The notes below the pieces were generated by a model that ran no database searches, was not told where the DNA came from, and was given only the letters and a program-made list of their open reading frames with translations. Source: Bacteroidota bacterium (GTDB taxonomy: Bacteria > Bacteroidota > Bacteroidia > Chitinophagales > Saprospiraceae). From it: 60,114 bases of DNA. A program made the translations under genes and the position numbers. Location of the stretch: NCBI GenBank assembly GCA_039024375.1, contig JBCCQK010000001.1, positions 1-60,114 on the forward strand. Direction: 5' to 3'. Of this stretch, positions 1 through 6,956 are shown in pieces (the stretch's first letter is position 1; the number at the start of each line of letters is the position of its first letter).

Positions 1-24
1 ACGCCTCGATGAACTGGGGCAATA

Positions 25-48
25 ATTTTAGGATATGTTCATGGGATT
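25..48 (+). repeat. Direct repeat copy 1 (ATTTTAGGATATGTTCATGGGATT), followed by a GCAAGGCA...TGCCTTGC hairpin
   Basis: The same motif recurs at 197-219 with one indel. Read directly from the sequence. Confidence 0.6.
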
Positions 49-196
49 TGAATTTGGCAAGGCACTCTTTAGTGGGATTTAGAATGCCTTGCTAAAATTC
101 ATACTTTCAAAAGAACTCCAACTTATTTGATTTTTATTTAGACGTTTTGGTAAAACGTCTCTACTATATATCACCAAATAGAAAACGTAAGATTTA

Positions 197-219
197 ATTT
201 TGGATATGTTCATGGGATT
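197..219 (+). repeat. Direct repeat copy 2 (ATTTTGGATATGTTCATGGGATT), followed by the terminator at 234-264
   Basis: Matches 25-48. Both copies sit about 10-15 nt upstream of a hairpin. Confidence 0.6.
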
Positions 220-233
220 ATAATTTGTTGAAA

Positions 234-264
234 TAGCCGCACATTTTGTGCGGCTTTTTTTTTT
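234..264 (+). terminator. Rho-independent terminator-like hairpin with a T-run
   Basis: AGCCGCAC-ATTTT-GTGCGGCT stem-loop followed by ten T residues. Confidence 0.7.
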
Positions 265-430
265 GCCTATTTTTTAGTTCATCGCACAGCTCAGAGAGTT
301 GCCTTAAAATTGCTCTAAAGGCAACACGAGGCTCCGAGTTGTGCATTTTCTGTCAACGCCATAAGTCTCTTTTCTCTATTCTCTGCTCTCGGTTCTTTTC
401 ATCTGATATTCCTTCTTTGTTGCCTCTTTC

Positions 431-1993
431 TCAGTATATCTCGAATACACCCCACTTCACAATCTGATTCCGATTATTCATATCAAAAATCAGCTTCTCG
501 GCGGGTACAACCAAAAAATAACCGTCGGCGTGATTGGTGATTTTGAACGGGGAAGAATAGACTTTTTTGAGGTCTTGGTACGTATCATTGACGCCGATTC
601 CTTTTAAGGTCTCTCGTTGCAAATCTTTGTTCAACAAAATAGCCACCGTCTTTTCTTCGGTGTCCGAGTGAATGAGCGCAGCAGTGGACGTCTCGTGGAA
701 GTTCAATTGATTTTCTTCGTAGGTAAAAGTGTTGGCAAATTGGATGGTCTGAAAAGGAAAATCGTTTTGATAAGTCAAATCAATTCCACCAATTTTCTCT
801 TCTGCAAAGCCCATTTTTATCGCATCGGTTGCCGTCTTTTCTCCTTTTAATAGCGCAATATTCTCGTTCGCCAGCTGCTGAATGCTTGCGACACTACTTA
901 ATGATTTCGCTTCTTCGAATAATTCTTTTGCATTTTCAGTGTAGCCCATCTGCGCACTCGCGATTCCTTGGATGATAGATAACTCGGCTACTTGTTTTTT
1001 CACTCGAACCATTGGATACAATTGTGCAATCAAAGTCTTCGTATTTTCGTATTGTTCGTCCAAAGTGTAAGCACAGGCCAAATTGACAAAAGTCCGATAG
1101 TGCTGATTATCCATTTGAGTAGCAATGGTCAAATACTCAATCGCCTTTTGTAGTAATTCTTTTTTATCGGCATCGCTGCCGTCGCGCAGTGGAATGTCCG
1201 AATCCAACTCAATGGGATATCGAAAATTAGTTTTTCCGTATTCGGTATGCGTAGCGGCGGCGGCTACTAAACTAGCGCCAATGTTACTGTAAAGTTCTTT
1301 GTATTTCACGAATTGCAAAACGTATTCGTAAGCAGCCACGGCGGATAAATGTTCATCTAAGGCGACTAAGTAATTCGCCGTTTCGAATACTTGAATTAGT
1401 GATTTTACTTTATCGCAAACTTCCAACGCCGTTTTTTTTCGTTCCTCTAAAGTTGGATAATCGGTCAATTCGGCGGCTAGTCGATAGCCATTATACACTT
1501 GGTCAAATAAGTTGGGAATGATTTTGATGGATTGATAACCCGCCAAATGCGTAATGAAAGCACCAAACAAATCGGCTTCTTTTTCGTCGGCGACGTGGTC
1601 TTCAAAATGATGCTCCTCGCTCAAAAAGCGAGTAGCAAAACCTGCTTCTTGCCAATGGTGTTCTTGGTAGAAATGGGTCATCTCGTGAGCAAGTAAGAAG
1701 GCAAAAGCATCTCGTTCTTGATGTTCGAATAGTCGGCAGATGGCGAGTGCTTGTTCGTCCACATAGATGATGTTCTTCCGTTTGTTGTAAGCTAGAACGC
1801 TACTCGCACCTGGTCTGATTTCTAAGGTCGGCCAAGTTCTACGCTGGTCGCCAATGGCCATCTTTAAATCGTTGTACACTTCGTTCATCATGTCGTAAGT
1901 GGCAGACCGTGAAGGATTGGTGTTGCTATGACTAGTTGTTGAAAGTAGGATAAAACTTAATAAACTAAACCAAGTGATGGCGATTTTTTTCAT
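431..1993 (-). CDS. Secreted zinc metalloprotease-like protein (HExxH, M48/BepA-like) with a helical TPR-like C-terminal region
   Basis: N-terminal signal peptide MKKIAITWFSLLSFILLSTTSHS. HEMTH motif (LLAHEMTHFYQEHH) with a downstream EKEAD. The C-terminal half is helical-repeat-like. Confidence 0.6.
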   Translation of the reverse strand: MKKIAITWFSLLSFILLSTTSHSNTNPSRSATYDMMNEVYNDLKMAIGDQRRTWPTLEIRPGASSVLAYNKRKNIIYVDEQALAICRLFEHQERDAFAFLLAHEMTHFYQEHHWQEAGFATRFLSEEHHFEDHVADEKEADLFGAFITHLAGYQSIKIIPNLFDQVYNGYRLAAELTDYPTLEERKKTALEVCDKVKSLIQVFETANYLVALDEHLSAVAAYEYVLQFVKYKELYSNIGASLVAAAATHTEYGKTNFRYPIELDSDIPLRDGSDADKKELLQKAIEYLTIATQMDNQHYRTFVNLACAYTLDEQYENTKTLIAQLYPMVRVKKQVAELSIIQGIASAQMGYTENAKELFEEAKSLSSVASIQQLANENIALLKGEKTATDAIKMGFAEEKIGGIDLTYQNDFPFQTIQFANTFTYEENQLNFHETSTAALIHSDTEEKTVAILLNKDLQRETLKGIGVNDTYQDLKKVYSSPFKITNHADGYFLVVPAEKLIFDMNNRNQIVKWGVFEIY

Positions 1994-2030
1994 TTTTAGG
2001 CTTGATAATTTGGCATAGATATAAGACTAG

Positions 2031-2063
2031 ACGTTTACTAAACTTTTGAAGTTTAGTAAACGT
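2031..2063. repeat. Perfect 15-bp-stem hairpin (ACGTTTACTAAACTT / AAGTTTAGTAAACGT, 3-nt loop) between the anti-sigma and protease genes
   Basis: Read directly. A related hairpin, AGACGTTTTGGTAAAACGTCT, lies at 140-160. Confidence 0.7.
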
Positions 2064-2080
2064 ACCGTCCAATAAAATGA

Positions 2081-2146
2081 GTCAAAGCTGCGCTCGAAAA
2101 GAAGCTCAATGTGCTTTGTGAACTCCATACCTTTGTGGTAAAAAAC
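2081..2146 (-). repeat. Intergenic repeat family C, copy 1 (inverted): TTTTACCACA-[9-10-nt periodic CAnAnAG units]-TTTTCGAGCG-AG-TTTGAC
   Basis: Its reverse complement aligns by eye with 15435-15499 and 58024-58089. Confidence 0.6.
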
Positions 2147-2167
2147 TATTTGGTTGCAAAAAATACC

Positions 2168-2998
2168 CTATAATTTTCGTAGTAATTGCTTCGCTTTTGT
2201 TCCATACTTATCCGATGGTTGTAGTTGCTCCAACTGCGTTTTAGCGGCATCAATATTCTCTAATTTTAAATAGGTAAGTGCCAAATACCACTGAGCATCT
2301 TCCTGTAATGGAAAAGCCGTATTGGCAGCCAAGTCTACCAAACTACCCTGCGCTTCGGTTATTTTATTCGTTTTCAAAAAGGCAATGGACTCGTAAAAAG
2401 TTGCGTAGTTGCTCAACGGGTCATTGGGCGCTACATTCTTGAAATTTTGAAAAGTAGCAATCGCCGCAGTATAGTCCCCATTCTCGTACTGTTCGATGCC
2501 CGTTTGCAAATCGGCCAATGCTACTTTGTTGGCACCAAAGCCCGTTTCGGCCAGTCGGTCTTCAATTTCTATGGACAACACATTTTCGTGCATCGCAAAG
2601 TTATTTTGAAACAAGTCATTTGGGTCAGTGGGCTGTGACAAAATCCACCAACCTGCTACCAATAATAAGGCGAAAGAAGCGGCAATCGCCAAACTACGGC
2701 CAAAAGAAATCCGTCGAACGGTTGCTTCTTTTTGGGCGTTTTTTTCTATTACCTTATCCGCCACTTTTTCACTAAAAAACTGTTCATTTTTCATCTCTTC
2801 GTGGACGCCCGCAACGATACTGCGGAAGTCGGCTGCTCCCGCTTGGTCAATGCCCTTGAGGATGTCTTGGTGGAAAGTAACCTCTTCCGCCAAACCCTCA
2901 TCTTTGGCCATTTGCTGTTCGAACGCCGCTAGTTCGCTAGCGTCCATTTCCCGATTGAGGAAATTTTCTATCTCGTCTATGTTGTAATTTTTTTCCAT
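2168..2998 (-). CDS. Anti-sigma factor-like membrane protein with a periplasmic TPR domain
   Basis: Lies directly downstream of an ECF sigma gene. N-terminal cytoplasmic helix region, single TM segment (LAIAASFALLLVAGWWIL), TPR-like C-terminus. Confidence 0.6.
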   Translation of the reverse strand: MEKNYNIDEIENFLNREMDASELAAFEQQMAKDEGLAEEVTFHQDILKGIDQAGAADFRSIVAGVHEEMKNEQFFSEKVADKVIEKNAQKEATVRRISFGRSLAIAASFALLLVAGWWILSQPTDPNDLFQNNFAMHENVLSIEIEDRLAETGFGANKVALADLQTGIEQYENGDYTAAIATFQNFKNVAPNDPLSNYATFYESIAFLKTNKITEAQGSLVDLAANTAFPLQEDAQWYLALTYLKLENIDAAKTQLEQLQPSDKYGTKAKQLLRKL

Positions 2999-3134
2999 GT
3001 TGAAGAAGGTTTAGAGGTTTAAAGTTTCAAGGCTGAGAGGTGTAGAGGTTAATGGGTTGATAGGTTTGAAAGCGACTACTACTTATTGCCACTGCCACTG
3101 CTACTGCATACTGCCACTGCATACTGCCAACCAC

Positions 3135-3713
3135 TCACTCCTCAAACGTTGCATATTTGGCCCGCACTTGTTTTTTAAACGCCTCCATACATTTGTAGCG
3201 CCGTTTTTTGGCGTATTGTGCGGTAAAACCGTATTTTTCGGCGATGGCCTTTAACGATAATTTTTTGTAGTAAAAGTCGATTAAAATGTCTTTACATCCA
3301 CCTTTTACTTGTTGTAGCATTTCGCCGATTAGTTTGTGTTTTTTTTCCACTTCCTGTTTTTCTACTAGTGTGTCTTCTTGGTACAAAACGTAGTCCGTGT
3401 CTTTATCATCCATAACCAATTGGAGACCATTTTTCGAGCGTTTGCGCAATTCCGTTAACCATAGATTGCGGTTAATGGCGTACAGGTAAGTTTTGATGTG
3501 GCTTTTCAATTCGAAGTCGGGTTTATGCACGTTTTTGTACAATACGACCAACGCTTCTTGAAAAAAATCTTCCGCATCGTTTCCTGTACCGTTGTTGTTT
3601 TTGATAAAACTGGCACATTCGGGATAGGCTAAGCGGTACAGTTGTCGAATGACGGATTGTTCTCCCCGTTTTAGGCGTTTGACGATGGCATCGTTTAAGT
3701 TGATTTCTCCCAT
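3135..3713 (-). CDS. ECF-type RNA polymerase sigma-70 family factor
   Basis: 192 aa. Region 2-like (DAEDFFQEALVVLYKN, YLYAINRNLW) and region 4 HTH-like (LSLKAIAEKYGFTAQYAKKRRYKC) segments. Confidence 0.8.
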   Translation of the reverse strand: MGEINLNDAIVKRLKRGEQSVIRQLYRLAYPECASFIKNNNGTGNDAEDFFQEALVVLYKNVHKPDFELKSHIKTYLYAINRNLWLTELRKRSKNGLQLVMDDKDTDYVLYQEDTLVEKQEVEKKHKLIGEMLQQVKGGCKDILIDFYYKKLSLKAIAEKYGFTAQYAKKRRYKCMEAFKKQVRAKYATFEE

Positions 3714-3781
3714 TTTCCAATAGCTTTAAACCGTAATTTGGTCTAAAGTTAATGAAAAATGCGATGCGAAGGTTTGCAGTA

Positions 3782-3808
3782 ATTGGTCAAATCTATCAAT
3801 TGACCACT
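3782..3808. promoter_or_regulatory. Candidate operator: inverted repeat TTGGTCAA-N9-TTGACCAC with a third half-site TGGTCA at 3811-3816
   Basis: Lies in the divergent region between the ECF sigma gene and the permease array. TTGGTCAA also occurs inside both copies of the 330-bp repeat. Confidence 0.3.
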
Positions 3809-4017
3809 TTTGGTCACACCCGTTAATGCGCTTTTAGGAATATGGTGACCCTCTATTCCCCATTTTTCTTAGTATTTTTTTAACACTTCTTTTCTTTCCT
3901 ACCAATTTACGGGGCGAGCTGGATTCCCTGCTACTACTTTTTTGGGGCTAAAACTCACTTCTTCCTTATTTGAATTTGATTAGTTAACCCAAGTTGTGAG
4001 CTGTAATCTATGCTACC

Positions 4018-4345
4018 TAAGCAGGCGATACTTTGTCAGTCTATTGACACCCCACATCTTTTTAGAGATGAAAAGGTGCAGCGCACCGATAACATTTGTA
4101 TCAAAAGTTGGTCAAAACGCTCCAAAGATGCAGCGCACCGTCCACATTAAATCTTATTTTTAACAAATGTGGACGGTGCGCTGCACCTTTGAGACCCACT
4201 TTCAGCAGCAGATGATACAAATATTATCGGTACTCCGTACCTTTTTACCCTAAAGCAAGCTTGTGGGGTGTCGTTAGACTTTGTCAGTATCTCCTGCTTT
4301 TCAAGCGCCTAAAAGAAAGAGATGCTGACAAAGCATCGCTTTCTA
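4018..4345. repeat. Nested-palindrome element, copy 1 (~328 bp), MITE-like or structured-RNA-like
   Basis: About 93% identical by eye to 12236-12564. The central stem of 25 bp has one mismatch (4124-4148 / 4166-4190). Outer arms are GCAGG.GATACTTTGTCAGTCTATTGACACCCCACA / TGTGGGGTGTCGTTAGACTTTGTCAGTATCTCCTGC. Confidence 0.85.
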
Positions 4346-4542
4346 ACCCTACGCACATAAAAGACCACCGTATTTTCTCAAATCCAATAAAAGTAAGGTC
4401 GTCCAGTAGTGAACAGCAATCGTCCATAAACGGACAGATTTCTTATAGGTCTTGTAAAGTGCATTTTCGTAAAAAATTGATAAAGAGCGACTTATATGTT
4501 TGGTATGTCTATTGGAGTGGTTATATTAAAATAGCCAGTATT

Positions 4543-6927
4543 ATGTTTTCTAGTTATCTTAAGATTGCGCTCAGAAATTTTGGGAAGTATCGACTAACTT
4601 CTTTCATCAACTTATTGGGTTTAACCGTTGGAATTGTTGTTTGTTTGCTAATTGTACTGTTCATAAAAACGGAGTCTAATTTTGACAATTTTCACGAAAA
4701 AGCGGACCGTATCGCACTTTTTCGTCAACTTGACCACTCGGCTAGAAGTGGTAGCAAATTTGCGCCCTTTTTAGGAAAAGAACTAGCACAGATAGACAAA
4801 ATCACGCGATTGGTTCCCGATAAGCCACTATTAGATACGGAGGAAACGGCGAATTACGAACCTAACTTCTACTTTGCCGATACTGCTTTTCTATCCATTT
4901 TTGACTTCTCGTTAGCGGTTGGTGACCCGCAGACTGTATTAAAAGAGCCTTACAGCGTGGTACTTTCCCAAAAAATGGCTACTAAGTATTTTCCAAACCT
5001 CAATCCTATCGGTCAAACGATAACTTACCAAAAAAAACAGCCGTTAACCGTAACGGGTATTTTAGAAAATACACCCGATAATTCTCACCTTCAAATTGAC
5101 TTTCTCTGTTCCGCCGAAAATTTGGAGCAATTGAGTCAAGGGAGTTATAATAGTTACTGGGATAGCCGCACATTGACTTATGTGCTGCTCTCCGAGCAAA
5201 CAGATATTGCAGCGCTCTCCGCTCAGTTACCTGAAATCGCCCAACGAACAGAAGATGCAAATGCTAACATTTGGCAACTTTCGCTAATACCCCTGCGAGA
5301 TATTTATTTACGATATAATTTGAGTGGAGGAATAGTTTCCAATAAAGCCATAGAAAACATTTACATCTTTTCGGTAATTGCCTTTTTCGTCTTACTGTTA
5401 GCTTGTTTCAACTACATCAGTTTGGTCACGGCTCGGTCTAATACCAGAGCCAGAGAAGTAGGTGTTCGAAGGCTATTGGGCGCCAACCGAAAGCAGTTAA
5501 TTGCGCAATTTTTGAGCGAATCCACCTTCATGCTTGCTTTCGCTTTATTACTCGCTTTAGGAATTATACAATTGGCTTTTCCCCTATTTAATAGTTTCGT
5601 TGGTAAAGAATTAAGTTTTGTACAACTCGTCGAACCCAAAACTTTAGGCTTATCGGTGGGGATTTTTGTGGCGGTTGCCTGTATTACTGGGCTTTACCCC
5701 GCTTTAGCGTTGTCTTCTTTTCAATTGGTCAACGTATTGAAGAAAACCCTTTTTGGAAAAGCTAAAGACTCCTTTTTTCGAAAAGGATTGGTCGTTGCAC
5801 AGTTTACCATTTCCATCACGATGATTATTGCAACGGTAGTCGTTCTGAACCAAATGTATTTTATAAAAAATAAAGATTTGGGCTACGAACGAGAAGCGGT
5901 GATTAATATTGACTTTCAAGGAAATCTGAGCTCAGAAAAGAAAATAGTCTTCCAACAAGCGGTCAATCAATTAGCTGCCGTAGCCACTTCCACCTTTTGT
6001 AGTGTGCTGCCCGGCAACGGCGCGGCGTATAATAAACTGGTCGAGCAGTATGTTCCCGAAGGAAAATCCGTAACCTATACCTACATTCAGGCGGATGCTA
6101 ATTTTCTATCTACCTTCGATATTCGATTGAAAGAGGGACGAAATTTTTCTTCCCAAGTTCCCAGTAGCGGTCGCCAGTTTCTGGCCAATCAAGCTTTGGT
6201 GGACCATTTAGAGTGGAAATCGGACGCGGTCGGCCAAGAAATAGGCTACTATTCTTACCAAAATTCGGAGAATGGCGGCTATCGAGAAGTGCCAGTAAGA
6301 GGAGAGATTATTGGTATCATCGACGATTATCATCAAAGTAATTTACGGACTTCCATTGAGCCAATGCTTGTTCTCTACGGTTCGGGCTGGCAGGGACAAC
6401 TTGCCGTAAAAGCTAAAACGGCTAGTTTGCGCAGCGTTGTTGAGGATTTGGAAAGCACTTGGAAGCAGAACTTCCCCAACGAGCCTTTTGCCTTTCAGTT
6501 TTTAGATGACGCTTTCCAACAGACTTATCAACAAGAAGAAAAGGTAGGGCAGATATTTAGTGTTTTTTCCGGTTTGGCAATTTTTATTTCTTGTTTAGGC
6601 CTGCTAGGCTTAGTGACTTTTGCCGCCGAGCGGCGCACCAAAGAAATTGGTGTCCGAAAAGTACTGGGTGCTTCTGTCTTGAGTATTATTCGTCTGCTTT
6701 CTTTAGACTTCGTCAAGTTGATTTTCATTGCGCTTTTCTTGGCGATACCCATTGCCGTTTACTTTATGCAAGAATGGCTCAATCGGTTTGTCTATCGAGT
6801 GGATTTAGAGTGGTGGATTTTTGCGGGAGCGGGCTTGATTGCTTTGGTAATTACCTTTTCTACCATTGGGTATCAAAGTGCGAGAGCCGCCTTGGCTAAT
6901 CCAGTAAAATCACTCAGAAGTGAGTAA
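4543..6927 (+). CDS. Double-FtsX (MacB-like) ABC transporter permease, paralog 1
   Basis: Start chosen at the ATG at 4543 (MFSSYLKIALRNFGKY), which matches the N-termini of the paralogs. Two FtsX modules (REVGVRRLLGA and RTKEIGVRKVLGAS). The longer ORF from 4261 runs through the repeat element. Confidence 0.85.
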   Translation: MFSSYLKIALRNFGKYRLTSFINLLGLTVGIVVCLLIVLFIKTESNFDNFHEKADRIALFRQLDHSARSGSKFAPFLGKELAQIDKITRLVPDKPLLDTEETANYEPNFYFADTAFLSIFDFSLAVGDPQTVLKEPYSVVLSQKMATKYFPNLNPIGQTITYQKKQPLTVTGILENTPDNSHLQIDFLCSAENLEQLSQGSYNSYWDSRTLTYVLLSEQTDIAALSAQLPEIAQRTEDANANIWQLSLIPLRDIYLRYNLSGGIVSNKAIENIYIFSVIAFFVLLLACFNYISLVTARSNTRAREVGVRRLLGANRKQLIAQFLSESTFMLAFALLLALGIIQLAFPLFNSFVGKELSFVQLVEPKTLGLSVGIFVAVACITGLYPALALSSFQLVNVLKKTLFGKAKDSFFRKGLVVAQFTISITMIIATVVVLNQMYFIKNKDLGYEREAVINIDFQGNLSSEKKIVFQQAVNQLAAVATSTFCSVLPGNGAAYNKLVEQYVPEGKSVTYTYIQADANFLSTFDIRLKEGRNFSSQVPSSGRQFLANQALVDHLEWKSDAVGQEIGYYSYQNSENGGYREVPVRGEIIGIIDDYHQSNLRTSIEPMLVLYGSGWQGQLAVKAKTASLRSVVEDLESTWKQNFPNEPFAFQFLDDAFQQTYQQEEKVGQIFSVFSGLAIFISCLGLLGLVTFAAERRTKEIGVRKVLGASVLSIIRLLSLDFVKLIFIALFLAIPIAVYFMQEWLNRFVYRVDLEWWIFAGAGLIALVITFSTIGYQSARAALANPVKSLRSE

Positions 6928-6956
6928 AAATAACTTCGAAAAGTAATACCACAACA

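Noticed and set aside
4124-4190. Inferring the transcribed strand of the 330-bp element from stem mismatches (A:C versus G:U)
   Set aside because: The central-stem mismatches in both copies and one outer-stem mismatch would be G:U on the minus strand. The second-tier stem has mismatches of both kinds (about 6 versus 2 overall). That sample is too small and too mixed to support a strand call.
4261-4542. N-terminal 94-aa extension of permease paralog 1 in the longest ORF
   Set aside because: The extension is translated from the 330-bp palindromic repeat and is low-complexity. The other five paralogs begin with the MxxNYLKIAxRN motif, which here starts at the ATG at 4543.
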